Shown here: positions 12,476 to 24,914 of the stretch, in pieces
How positions within the stretch are numbered: the stretch's first letter is position 1
Layout: every line of letters begins with the position of its first letter
Assembly (NCBI GenBank): GCA_951406725.2
Contig: OX597823.1
Coordinates: 104,408,001 to 104,472,000 of the forward strand
From: Octopus vulgaris
Taxonomy: Eukaryota
DNA: 64,000 nucleotides
Direction of reading: 5' to 3'
Position numbers and translations under genes: made by a program
The notes under the pieces: generated by a model
Seen by the model: only the letters and a program-made list of their open reading frames with translations
Database searches by the model: none
What the model was told of the DNA's origin: nothing

Positions 12476-14958
12476 ATGGCAAGATCCAGTCTCTTACAAT
12501 GTCATTCCAGTCCAGTCTCTACCTTACAATGGCCAGATCTGGCCAGATCCAGTCTCTTATAATGTTATTCCAGTCCAGTCTCTAACTTACAATGGCCAGA
12601 TCTGGCCAGATCCAGTCTCTTACAATGTCATTCCAGTCCAGTCTCTAACTTACAATGGCCAGATCTGGCCAGATCCAGTCTCTTACAATGTCATTCCAGT
12701 CCAGTCTCTAACTTACAATGGCCAGATCTGGCCAGATCCAGTCTCTTACAATGTCATTCCAGTTCAGTCTCTACCTTACAATGGCCAGATCTGGCCAGAT
12801 CCAGTCTCTTACAATGTCATTCCAGTCCAGTCTCTACCTTACATTGGCCAGATCTGGCCAGATCCAGTCTCTTACAATGTCATTCCAGTCCAGTCTCTAC
12901 CTTACAATGGCCAGATCTGGCCAGATCCAGTCTTTTATAATGTCATTCCTGTCCAGTCTCTAACTTACAATGGCCAGATCTGGCCAGATCCAGTCTTTTA
13001 TAATGTCATTCCTGTCCAGTCTCTACATTACAATGGCCGGATGTGGCCAGATCCAGTCTCTTACAATGTCATTCCAGTCCAGTCTCTACCTTACAATGGC
13101 CAGATCTGGCCAGATCCAGTCTCTTACAATGTCATTCCAGTTCAGTCTCTACCTTACAATGGCCAGATCCAGTCTCTTACAATGTCATTCCAGTCAAGTC
13201 TCTACCTTACAATGGCCAGATCTGGCCAGATCTAGTCTCTTACAATGTCATTCCAGTCAAGTCTCTACCTTACTAATGGCCAGATCTGGCCAGATCCAGT
13301 CTTTTATAATGTCATTCCAGTCCAGTCTCTACCTTACAATGGCCAGATCTAGCCAGATCCAGTCTCTTACATTGTCATTCCAGTTAATTTTCTACCTTAC
13401 AATGGCCAGATCTGGCCAGATCCAATCCCTTACAATGTCATTCCAGTTCAGTCTCTACCTTACAATGGCCAGATCTGGCCAGATCCAGTCTCTTACAATG
13501 TCATTCCTGTCCACTCTCTACCTTACAATGGCCAGATCCAGTCTCTTACAATGTCAATCCAGTTCAGTCTCTACCTTACAATGGGCAGATCTGGCCAGAT
13601 CCAGTCTCTTACAATGTCATTCCAGTCCAGTCTCTACCCTACAATGGCCAGATCCAGTCTCTTACAATGTCATTCCAGTCCAGTCTCTAACTTACAATGG
13701 CCAGATACTGTCTCTTACAATGTCATTCCTGTCCAGTCTCTACCTTACAATGGCCAGATCTGGCCAGATCCAGTCTTTTATAATGTCATTCCTGTCCAGT
13801 TTCTACATTACAATGGCCGGATCTGGCCAGATCCAGTCTCTTACAATGTCATTCCTGTCCAGTCTCTACCTTATAATGGCCAGATCCAGTTTCTTACAAT
13901 GTCATTCCATTTCAGTTTCTACCTTACAATGGCCAAATCTGGCCAGATTCAGTCTCTTACAATGTCATTCCAGTCCAGTCTCTGCCTTACAATGGCCAGA
14001 TCTGGCCAGATCCAGTCTCTTATAATGTCATTCCTGTCCAGTCTCTACCTTACAATGGCCAGATCCAGTTTCTTATAATGTCATTCCAGTCCAGTGTCTA
14101 CCTTACAATGGCCAGATCCTGTCTCTTATAATGTCATTCCAGTCCAGTCTCTACCTTACAATGGCCAGATCTGGCCAGATCTAGTCTCTTATAATGTCAT
14201 TCCAGTCCAGTCTCTACCTTACAATGGCCAGATCTAGCCAGATCCAGTCTCTTACAATGTCATTCCAGTCCAGTCTCTACCTTTTAATGGCCAGATCTAG
14301 TCTCTTATAATGTCATTCCAATCCAGTCTCTACCTTACAATGGCCAGATCCAGTCTCTTACAATGTAATTCCTGTCCAGTCTCCACCTTACAATGGCCAG
14401 ATCTGGTCAGATCCAGTCTCTTATAATGTCATTCCTGTCCAGTCTCTACCTTACAATGGCCAGATCCAGTTTCTTATAATGTCATTCCAGTCCAGTGTCT
14501 ACCTTACAATGGCCAGATCTGGCCAGATCCTGTCTCTTATAATGTCATTCCAGTCCAGTCTCTACCTTACAATGGCCAGATCTGGCCAGATCTAGTCTCT
14601 TATAATGTCATTCCAGTCCAGTCTCTACCTTACAATGGCCAGATCTAGCCAGATCCAGTCTCTTACAATGTCATTCCAGTCCAGTCTCTACCTTTTAATG
14701 ACCAGATCTAGTCTCTTATAATGTCATTCCAATCCAGTCTCTAACTTACAATGGCCAGATCTAGTCTTTTATAATGTCATTCCAGTCCAGTCTCTACCTT
14801 ACAATGGCCAGATCTGGCCAGATCCAGTCTCTTACAATGTCATTCCAGTCCAGTCTCTACCTTACAATGGCCAGATCTGGCCAGATCCAGTCTCTTATAA
14901 TGTCATTCCAGTTCAGTCTCTACCTTACAATGGCCAGATCTGGCCAGATCCAGTCTCT
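12476..14958. repeat. Minisatellite/satellite array, 63-bp unit with 53-bp variants (~40 units)
   Basis: Unit ggccagatctggccagatccagtctcttacaatgtcattccagtccagtctctaccttacaat. The 53-bp variant lacks one ggccagatct. The 21-aa periodicity in the ORF track confirms the 63-bp period. Confidence 0.97.
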
Positions 14959-15016
14959 GATAAATTCATTCTAAAAGTAAATAATCACATTATCAAAATC
15001 TCAAAGCAGCAAGATA

Positions 15017-15405
15017 CTCTTTACTCTTTTACTTGTTTTAGTCATTTGACTGTGGCCATGCTGGAGCACCGAGTTTTAGTCATGCAAATCGACCACAGGA
15101 CTTATTCTTTGTAAGCCTAGTACTTATTCTATCTGTCTCTTTTGCTGAGCCGCTAAATTACGGGGACGTAAACACAGCAGCATCGGTCGTCAAGCGATGT
15201 TGGGTAGACAAACACACACACATATATACATATACATATATACGACGGGCTTCTTTCAGTTTCCATCTACCAAATCCACCCACAAGGCTTTGGTTGGCCC
15301 AAAGCTATAGTAGAAGACACTTGCCCAAGGTGCTACACGGTTGGACTGAACCCGGAACCATGTGGTTGGTAAGCAAGCTGCTTACCACACAGCCTCCCCT
15401 GCGCC
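15017..15405 (-). mobile_element. Full-length CORE-type tRNA SINE (family A)
   Basis: Reverse complement of ggcgcagg..gtggtaagcagcttgcttacc..ccgggttcagtcc..caccttgggcaagtg..aaacaagtaaaagagtaaagag. Confidence 0.9.
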
Positions 15406-15496
15406 TATAATTCATATTTAATTCAATGCAATATGAATAAATAAGCAATACGTTTCACAGAGCAACCTGAATACAGACGGGTTAAAATAAAGTGAT

Positions 15497-15900
15497 AGGT
15501 GGTGAGCTGGCAGAATCATTAATTAGTTCACCATGCAAAATGCTTAACAGCATTTCGTCTGGCTTTACGTTCTGAGTTCAAATTCCGCCAGGGTCAAATT
15601 TGCCTGTCATCCTTTCAGGATTAATAAATTAAGTACCAGTTGAACGCTGGGGTCGATGTAATCGACTTAGCCCCTCCCCCAAACCTGCTGGCCTTGTGCC
15701 AAAATTAGAAACCAATATACGAGCAAAATGATTCGTGGCATTTCTTCCATTCTTATGTTCTGAGTTCAAATTCCGCTGAGGTTGACTTTGCGTTTTATCT
15801 TTTGGGGTCGATAAAAAGAGTAACAGTTGAGTACTGGGGTGATGTTATTGATTTACTCCTCCTTCAAAATTGCTGGCCTTGTGCCAAAATATGAAACCAT
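15497..15900 (+). mobile_element. Two tandem SINE family B copies
   Basis: ggtgagctggcagaa..ttctgagttcaaattccgcc..gtcatcctttc..ggccttgtgccaaaa occurs twice. Confidence 0.85.
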
Positions 15901-16067
15901 TATTAAAGTAGAGTGTATTGGATGGGTGTTCTGTTAATATTGTTAAACGTTCAATGTAAACATTGGATGGTGGTAGATGTTGATGTATTGGATTAAGCGA
16001 GAAGAGGGAAAAATATATTTTCAATCCTGTTTCATTTCTAACCCTGAATCTTTTACTTTATTGTGTA

Positions 16068-16808
16068 CTAGCAGAGATACCCAGCGTTGCCCGTATCACA
16101 GGGAATTGAAGAATTAGACTTTTCTTTTATATTTCCTCTAATGAACTGGAATACCTATGATTCGAATTTCATCAAAATTGCAGATTAAGAATTTTGATGA
16201 GGGTTCTTTCCCTCTTTACACACCCTAACAAAAATTCTAATCAAGACGTATTTATCCCATACTACTCATGTTTATGCCCAGATTCTAAAATCCAAATCTT
16301 ATAAAACCTATTCAACGGTTTTTGCTCCTGAGAAATGGAGCACATGGAGCTCTAAAATGTGGGAGTTAAGGGCCCTATTAGGAAATCCACGCATTAGAGA
16401 TTCACACAGACAAAAATTCTCATATATATATATATGTATGTATGCCTGTATGCCCGTATATATGTGAGATAATAGCTTCACTTTAATAGTTTCGGTATTA
16501 ATAGTGAAACTATTAAACTGAAAGTATCTCACATTTCAATAGAGATGTTATTGTTTCGCTTTTGACACATAATACTGAAATAGTGGAAGAGATAAGAGAT
16601 TGCTCTGGGCTCAGATTAGGCAAAAAGTTGAAAATGTCTTTGGCCCATGGCTCTACATGGACCCTAAGTAAGGCATGTGTAAAATTTGAATGAAATCAGT
16701 TGCGTAGTTCTCAATTTTTAGAAATTCACACAGACAGACAGACAAACACACCCACGCACACACACACGCACACACACACACACACACACATTCTTATCTT
16801 TATACTAT
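16068..16808 (-). mobile_element. Non-autonomous Helitron-like element
   Basis: a|ctagcagagatacccagcgttgcccg is the 3' CTAG plus GC hairpin on the minus strand. The other end has aaatttgaatgaaatcagttgcgtagttc..cagacagacaaacac, similar to the Helitron end near 22190. Confidence 0.6.
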
Positions 16809-16811
16809 TTT

Positions 16812-17090
16812 ATTCTTTTACTTGTTTCAGTCATTTGACTGCGGCTATGCTGGAGCACTGCCTTTAGTTAAAGAAATCGACCCCAGGACTATTCTTTGTA
16901 AGCCTAGTACTTATTCTATCGGTCTCTTTTGCCAAACTGCTAAGTAACAGGGACATAAACACACCAGCATTGGTTGTCATGCGATGTTGGTGGGACAAAC
17001 ACAGACACACAAACATATACACACATATACATCTATATACATATATACGACAAGCTTCTTTCAGTTTCCGTCTACCAAATCCACTCACAA
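16812..17090 (-). mobile_element. SINE family A, 5'-truncated
   Basis: ttttacttgtttcagtcatttgactgcggc..tttcagtttccgtctaccaaatccactcacaag. Confidence 0.85.
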
Positions 17091-17214
17091 GAAGAAGAAG
17101 AAGAAGAATTTTTTCTATTATAGTGGGGCTAGTTAATTACATCAACCCTAGTGTACAACTTGTACTTATTTCATCAACTCTAAAAAGATGAAAAGCAAAG
17201 TTGACCTTGGTGGA

Positions 17215-17268
<54 letters not shown>

Positions 17269-17486
17269 TTGCTCAGCCTGTATAAAATAACAGTAGAATC
17301 TTTTTATACATAAGATAAAGTACTGGTCCTTATTATACATATCAAAAGAGATGAGATTGTTATGATGAAAGCATCTCTGATCATAGATCTACTAGAGTCG
17401 GTCTTACCTGATGCTAAAGCCCTAACAAAATAACGAACCAACTAGGGAGCTTCTGTGCAGTTGCTAAAATCTAAAAGCAGCAACAG

Positions 17487-17790
17487 CTGTTTATTGAGCG
17501 AAAACACCTAAAGCTCCACGAGGCTCTGGCTGGGGGTGGTTGCAACCCCTGTTGTACTCTTTCGCCCCCAACTTTCTCTCACTCTTTCTTCCTGTTTCTT
17601 GTCCCCGGCTTCCTATGCAACCGCTGAACCTGGATGCGCATTCATCCATCCGTCAATGCTCTCGGTGTAGGGGTTGACCTGCTTTCTCTTCTGTGGATCT
17701 TACGAATAGCAAAGGACATGTTTCGGACTTCTCCCATCTTGCGAGCTCTGGGACGAAGACCATTCGCTCAACAGCAACAGCAACAGCAGT
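17487..17790 (+). mobile_element. SINE family C variant with a different 3' module and (CAA/CAG)n tail
   Basis: tgtttattgagcgaaaacacctaaagctccacgaggctc matches 23960-24000; the sequence diverges after ttcctgtttct. Confidence 0.75.
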
Positions 17791-18409
17791 AACAGCCATT
17801 TATCCGTCGATTCACAACAATCATGGAAATTAAACAATACATTTGATAATGTAGTCCTAGATACATCAGAAGTTTACATAAGAAAATATTACAATATATA
17901 AAAAAAAACTTCTGGTTCAAACAACAACAAGTTTTCTTGGAATCTTTTCTTTGCTTTTACTCGGAAATAAGATAAGACAGTCATAGTTGTAATTCCTTTG
18001 ATCATATGTCTGCTCAGTCAGTGTTGACCAAGGGCTAAATACTATGTGTATACTATGTACATTTGTCAATAGTCAGTAAATGAGTCATCATGCTATAATT
18101 TTATTGCTTTTATCAAGTACTGAATGACACAATTACACACCTGGGATAAAAAAAATAAATTGAAAAAAAAAATGAAAAAAAAAAAAATAAAACAAAAACA
18201 AAAAGCATATGAGAGAGCTTATGCGTAGTCACTAGATTTGGTAAAAATAGCTGCCAAATTCTACATAAATAATTTTCTATTACAATTATTCTCAAACTAT
18301 GTGCAAAAGTGCAGTGGCTGCACTGCATGATGTATCTTGATGAATCATGTTTTTGAAATATAATTTAAGGCTTTAAATTCATACAAAGGATTGTTAATAG
18401 ATGAAAACA

Positions 18410-18545
18410 CATGACGTAGAAGTTAGAGTATTCAGCTCGTAATCATAAGACCTTAGATTCAATCCTGGAAAAGCAGTGCAGTGTGTCCTTGAACAAGGCA
18501 CTCTGTTTAACTTTGCACTGGTCTACTCACCTATAAATGACTAAT
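18410..18545 (+). mobile_element. Old CORE-type SINE head
   Basis: tRNA-like agttagagtattcagctc..gattcaatcctgg, then CORE-like gtgtccttgaacaaggcact. Confidence 0.55.
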
Positions 18546-19009
18546 AGCTGAATGCTGGTGCAACTCTGTCTGTCTGCCAGTCTCTCTCTCTCTCTCTCCC
18601 CTCTCTCCTCTCTCTCTCTCCCTCCCCCTCTCTCTCTCCCAGCTATGCTGCTGGATCAAAGGTGAAAGAACCAAGCAGGTGTCTATAACTGCTTGCAACT
18701 ACACAGGTGTTAAGCTCCACAGAACAATTAATAAAAGAAGCATCGTTCACACTATCAAGCCATGTTCATTCACAAGTAACAGCCATCTATAATCTAAATA
18801 ACACAAATGCTATGTATATATATTTAGTGTTATTAATACATTAATCTACACTAATGCTTATTAATTCTGCTCATGTGTGTCAGTGGAGTATTGGAAAATG
18901 TGTCAAAACCACTTAAGCAATTCTTTTCTTTACTGTTTTCTTAAATGCTTAGCTTTAAAACTTAATGTTTTTCTTAACTCTCAAACAAATCTTTTCTGTT
19001 TTATTTTCC

Positions 19010-19540
19010 CATCTTTTACTTGTTTCAGTTACTGGATTGTAGCCTTGCAATCCTTTACTCTTTTGCTTGCTTCAGTCATTTGACTGTGGCCATGCTGGAG
19101 CACTGCCTTTAGTCGAGCAAATCGACCCCAGGACTTATTCTTTGCAAGCCTAGTACTTATTCTATCGGTGTCTTTTGCCAAACCACCATGTTACAGGGAC
19201 GTAAGAATACCAGCATCGGTTGTCAAGCGATGTTGGGGGGACAAACACAGACACACAAACACATATATATACATATACATATATACGAAGGGCTTCTTTC
19301 AGTTTCTGTCTACCAAATCCACTCACAAGTCTTTGGTCAGCCCGAGGCTATAGTAGAAGACACTTGCCCAAGGTGCCACGCAGTGGGACTGAACCCAGAA
19401 CCATGTGGAAGGATTTCAGTTGAACAAATTGGAGTGCAGTACTTATTGTGCTTATTTACTGAACTTTGCTAAGTTACATATACATAGACAAACACTGGCT
19501 GTCAAGCAGAGGTGGGTACAAAAACAAACACACACTAATG
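19010..19540 (-). mobile_element. SINE family A copy (19055-19408) nested in an older family A copy
   Basis: Two tail starts (19014, 19055). A degenerate body resumes at 19415-19535 after the younger copy. Confidence 0.75.
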
Positions 19541-19581
19541 TGTGTGTGTATACATATGAAAACATACAGACATACACAGAG

Positions 19582-19614
<33 letters not shown>

Positions 19615-19776
19615 CTTTATTTAAAGCAGCAGAAAATTCAACAAAACCTGATATTCTGAGTTTCGCGTTGCCGTTCATCAGACAGTTTTTGCTATATATA
19701 TATATGTATATGTATGTGCACATATATGTCTGTGTGTGGGGTTTTTTTTTTATATGTATCACTCGTAGCCCAGATC

Positions 19777-19827
<51 letters not shown>

Positions 19828-20105
19828 CAGAATGAGATAAAAAAATCAAGGCTGTGAAGATTCTAGAACATTTATAAATAGAAGGTCTTACAGCTGTTTC
19901 CAGGATATTTATTATATCCCTTCATCGGAGACGGTATGAGAAAATGGTTAAGCAATAGCTAATTTAGGTAAGATACGATATAGAGAGTGAAGTGGAGGAA
20001 TGAAAATAGATGTGAGATATGCAGGGATATTGCATTTGTAGATCCATTATTTAGGCAGAATGGTATACATATAAGATTCCAATACCTTGTGAGTAAAATC
20101 CAATA
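19615..20105 (-). mobile_element. Two Penelope-like terminal fragments between (TA)n arrays, each with a hammerhead-like motif
   Basis: Minus-strand ctgatga..gaaa (19648-19685) and gtctccgatga..gaaacagctgtaagac (19885-19932). Confidence 0.55.
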
Positions 20106-20150
<45 letters not shown>

Positions 20151-21074
20151 TATATATTATATATATATATATTTATATACTAGCAGCTAAGCCCTGTTTC
20201 ACCCAGTCAGTTTGGATGATGTGGCTGTAAAACCTGCTCTGTGTAAGCATTTGACTTGTTTGGGCATGCTTATGTTAAAAAACAATTTTAGAATGACTTT
20301 TTTCTGCCCAAACACTAAAAATAACTGACCAACAACAAAAAAAAAAACAACCAAGATTCAATCAAATCAAAAAATAAACCCAAATACTAAGCAAACAATT
20401 ATCTCCCCTGTCTCCGATAATAACAAGCACTAATTACTTCACCTTACATTTTTCTATTTGCTAAATCATTTATTCATAAACTTCTCCACACACAACATGG
20501 ACTAAAATCTTCTAAAGAAAATATGAAATTACAATAACTTCAATATCATGATTAGTGAAAATGAAACCAGTTGACAAACACAATATAAAATATATTAGAA
20601 CTATATAAAGTGTGTGCATCTTCTCTTATTTTATATATATTTTTTGCATTACAATTCACCACGTGGGGATAATTGAAATTCCTCCCTTTGTGTTACTATA
20701 TATATGTGTATGTGTGTGTGTACACAATATACACATTGACACATATATGCTGTACATCTTTTATTGACAAGTAAGACTAAGCATTGTCTGGACAATAAAT
20801 ACTCTATCAAATCTTTTCAGTAATTATAATAGCATAACAGGAAATTTAGACTGATGTTTTCCTCTTGTGTATATAGAAAAAAAAAATAGTTATAATAAAA
20901 TATGAATAGAAACCAGTTTTTAGAAAATGCTTATGAAAGCACAACTTAATGTAATGACTAATTATAGGCTATCTGAAGATGACCTCTGGGGAAACCTTCA
21001 TAAGTGCTTTATTCCCTGCACACCAGAATGACCAGGTAACAATTTACTCTATGCAGAGCAATGATAAGTCTAAT

Positions 21075-21185
21075 CAGCTAATGAAATGAGCTTTCTGGAT
21101 TTTTTTAGCAGCAAAATTTCTAATAACAGTATCAAAATCAATTTCTCTGACAATGATTGATTCAATACACAGCCTTGCTACTATC
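21075..21185 (-). pseudogene. hAT transposase C-terminal dimerisation-domain remnant
   Basis: Minus strand translates to ARLCIESIIVREIDFDTVIRNFAAKK, matching the hAT LSIE..DFD.VI..FA..K motif. Confidence 0.7.
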
Positions 21186-21453
21186 AATAAGTCAGGTGTA
21201 TAAGATGGTTGACTTTAAGACTTTCCAGATTAAGAAAAGTAATTCCATGGTTGTATCCTGCCTTTGACAAAGTGAAGTTATAGTGGTGGGAATGGGTATT
21301 AAAAATTTCATTTGTTGATGATTTCGTAATTCTTTTAGAAATACTTTTGACTACCGATTTTAATATATTAGTGGGGTGGTTTGATGATTTGTTCACATAT
21401 CTCGTAACTTCATTTTTGATAATCTTAAATTTTAGTTTTATACAAGATAACAA
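21186..21453 (-). pseudogene. Penelope-like element RT-thumb fragment
   Basis: RYVNKSSNHPTNILKSVVKSISKRI..SS..EIF....HYN..L..AGY is the PLE S-N-HP motif, homologous to 31430-31600. Confidence 0.75.
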
Positions 21454-21807
21454 TATTGCTTATAAACAATCACCCATAGTGCGCCAATAAACTTTCTTAA
21501 CAATAATATCCAAAAGTGAACAAGACAAAAAAAATGTGCAAAGGTTAGACACTGATATCCTACTGATCTTTGCAAAGAAAATTTTGCAAGAAAAATGGGA
21601 ACATTTAACGTCAATAAATAAAGTGAATTTTAGAAAACCAGAACTGAAGCTTTATGAATTGGTCAGTTTATTAACTTACTAGAAAATTTATGGTATATTT
21701 CCAAATGTATGACTTAGCTTTAGAAAATTGTTCCATCCATCCATCCATCCATCCATCCTTTCTACCCACTGTTCCTAAGAGAGTTGTACTCAAAGTTTAT
21801 TCATCAA

Positions 21808-22198
21808 CTAGCAGTATAGCCCGGTGTTGCTTGGGTTTGTTTTGACCCTTTAGAATTGGAATTTTTGAAAAGTAAAAATTTTGCATTATGTAGCTTGTTA
21901 TTCTCTTTAAGTGAACATTTTTCTGGTTGAAATACACCAAAAAATGGCGACACAGCAGTCACAAAATCGTAAAAAATAGAGATTTTCATAGAAAAAAGCA
22001 CCTTTTTGATGTAAATAATTTTTGGTGTTAACACGATCCGATTTGAATTTTTTCTTCTACGGAAGGAAGAGCAAGCCTTCTTCTATCATACTCTCAATTT
22101 TGGTCAACTTGTGCCGCAGGGTCTTGGAGGAGATAGTGTTAGTTGAAGGCTACCAAACCTTCCATACACAGACAACTTCAGTTTTATATATAGAGAGA
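21808..22198 (-). mobile_element. Non-autonomous Helitron
   Basis: On the minus strand: A|TCTCTCTATATAT ... CCCAAGCAACACCGGG hairpin ... CTAG|T, with no TSD. A closely similar copy lies at 48136-48507. Confidence 0.85.
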
Positions 22199-22423
22199 TT
22201 AAAAATGGGTTTTTTAAGTTGTCAACTAATTTCCTTTGCAAATCTCAAGCAATAACATTCATAATTAAACACAAATTTTATCCAATATAACTTATTTTTT
22301 GAAGAACGCTTCCTATATTATATATAACCTATTATGATTCAGTGTGGTGATCTACCAATCAAATACCATGTATGCACTATATTTAATTTCATGTCTATAC
22401 TTAAGAGAACTAACTCAGAAAAA

Positions 22424-22661
22424 TACAGGGTGGCCCAAAAGTAGGTATTCAGTTATTCAGCTATTTCTTTTGCATTCATATATTAACAGTTTAGATCTTA
22501 ATTATAAAAAAATATGAAACCATTATTCTATGCTAATTTGGCTAATTTTATCAAGCTCCCTTTTCAGTTTGTAAGATAGAATTGAAATGCAATAAAATGT
22601 TTTAAAAGAAATTTAAAGTGCCTACATGAGAACTATAAACCTATATTTGAGTCACCCTGTA
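22424..22661. mobile_element. Tc1/mariner-type MITE
   Basis: TIRs tacagggtggcccaaaagtaggtattcagtt / aactataaacctatatttgagtcaccctgta, with TA ends. Confidence 0.8.
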
Positions 22662-23354
22662 TATTTGAAAATAGGTTTGGGTTTACATTACTATCAGCAT
22701 TCCTTCTGCTTTACAGATTTCTCTAAAGTTAGAGTGAATTTTCATACCATAATTAGTATGCACAACAACAATTACATCAGTATTTTCCCATATAAGCAGT
22801 TCATTTTCCCACTATCGTAATACCGTTGCTTGTTTCCATTAGTAATATACTTACCTATAATAAGTTATTGTTAATTAGCAAATTTTGTTCAAATATAATG
22901 CCAGGAGCACATAACTATTATTGTAGCTCGAGTTTGGTTTCATCTAATTAAAGTGCAGAATACCTTGGCCATCAAATAGCACTGACGCTCAGTTGTTGCA
23001 AATATTGGTTGCTATTATCTAGTTTGGTACCTTAAGAAGTAACCAGGTAGTTCAAAGGTCTAACGTCTCAAGCAGTACTCTTTCGTAGAAATTTCTCACT
23101 GAATAATTAGGCATTAGACATGTGCACCTGATCATGGCACTTGAGTTTATTCCTGTTATGTATTCCACTTTTTACTCACTGTTTGCAGACATCAGTTAAT
23201 ACTAATTTGTTTGGATCCTACTGTTTCACTATAAAAAGAAGTCACATAACTTGATATTATTGATTTTGTCGTGTTGGTTTGAGCCTTTCACTGAAATAAC
23301 TTTCAATATATTGATAAACGACTAAGAAAATGTCTATAATCACGCATCTTTTGT

Positions 23355-23444
23355 TGTAGTAGTAGTAGTAGTAGTAGTAGCAGCAGCAACAGCAGTATTA
23401 GTAGTAGTAGTAGCAGCAGCAGCAACAGCAGTAGTAGTAGTAGT

Positions 23445-23513
<69 letters not shown>

Positions 23514-23600
23514 TGTAGTAGTTGGTGTTTTTGGTGGTGGTGGTGATGTGGCAGTGGTAGTATAGTGGTCGGTGTGGTGGTGGAGGTAGGAGTGGTGGTC
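23355..23600. repeat. Compound (AGT)n/(AGC)n/(GGT)n trinucleotide microsatellite
   Basis: Read directly; explains the poly-L/T/A ORFs in the track. Confidence 0.95.
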
Positions 23601-23757
23601 ATTGGTGTTTGTCACTTGTACAAATAAGACAACATGCTATGCTATCTGTATACATAGATGACAGAATATATATTTCATCTCAAGGAGAATTGGGAATCAC
23701 TATCACATAGTCACAAACTCAAATGCTGCGTGTCTGGGTGTGTGTGTATATAAATAA

Positions 23758-23801
<44 letters not shown>

Positions 23802-23825
23802 ATATGTATATATATTTATAAATAT

Positions 23826-23875
<50 letters not shown>

Positions 23876-23876
<1 letters not shown>

Positions 23877-24255
23877 GAGGCGCAATGGCCCAGTGGTTAG
23901 GGCAGTGGACTCGCAGTCATAGGATCGTGGTTTTGATTCCCAGACCGGGCATTGTGAGTGTTTATTGAGCGAAAACACCTAAAGCTCCACGAGGCTCTGG
24001 CAGGGGATGGTGGTGATCTCTGCTGTACTCTTTCACCACAACTTTCTCTCACTCATACTTCCTGTTTCTGTTGTACCTGTATTTCAAAGGGCCGGCCTTG
24101 TCACTCTCTGTGTCACGCTGAATATCCCCGAGAACTACGTTAAGGGTACACGTGTCTGTAGAGTGCTCAGCCACTTACACGTTAATTTCACGAGCAGGCT
24201 GTTCCGTTGATTCGGATCAACCGGAACCCTCGTCGTCGTAACCGACGGAGTGCTT
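23876..24255 (+). mobile_element. Full-length tRNA-derived SINE family C, between (TA)n arrays
   Basis: ggaggcgcaatggcccagtggttagggcagtggactc (A-box) and ggttttgattccc (B-box). The body is shared with 5924-6212 and 45335-45730. Confidence 0.9.
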
Positions 24256-24914
24256 CCCAATATATATATATATATACACACACACTAGCAGAGATACCTA
24301 ACATTGCTCGGGATTAAAGTGGTATAGTTTGTGTGTATATATAGATTACAGTTATGCTGAAACAGGTGATAGGGGAAAGTGCAGCATTGATGATGAAACA
24401 TTTGTGGAGTAAATGATGGTCTAATCTGACTGAGCAACATGTAATACGTCTGTCTGAAGGATTCTAGGCCCTAACCTGTCATGGAAAATTGGGAGTGGTG
24501 GGGTATGTAATTTTTGAACCCACCAGAAAGCTGTCAGTGGTTATAGTGGCCATTGAGGAGGTCAGCACTGCTTCTAACATGACTTGTATGGTTGGCTGTC
24601 AAATGAATGTAGGTCAAATGAATGGAGGTGTAATGGAGATATTGTACCTGAAAATTGGCTGCAATGGGAGACAGCGACGGGGGAAGTGAATTGTTGAAAT
24701 ATTGCAGAAGGTGAAAAGGGTTGGCATTGGATTGCTGGTGTGGCTGTAGAATAAGAAACATAAAGTGCGCTTATGCAGTCATATGAGAATATGTAGAAAT
24801 GAATTACTTAAAAAAATAAGGCATAATGGCTTACCATGTGGTTGGTAAGAGTAATTGGGGAATATGCTTTGATACGGAAGTCCATGCAGGAAACTGCTTT
24901 GTTGGTGCAGTCTT

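Noticed and set aside
12476-14958. CRISPR-like array (palindromic repeats at regular spacing)
   Set aside because: The intervening sequences are near-identical rather than unique spacers, there are no cas genes, and the context is eukaryotic.
12718-14974. 351-aa and other repetitive ORFs (MARSGQIQSLTMSFQSSLYLT)n as a repeat protein
   Set aside because: They arise from a 63-bp unit that lacks stops; 53-bp units shift frame freely and stops appear at random, so there is no sign of frame preservation.
23303-23615. Poly-L / poly-T-A ORFs and the many YIYI/VCVC/HHHH ORFs elsewhere
   Set aside because: They are translations of microsatellites.
23876-23950. tRNA gene (also heads at 40747, 49965, 36506)
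   Set aside because: These A/B-box heads continue into multi-copy SINE bodies and do not form a complete cloverleaf.
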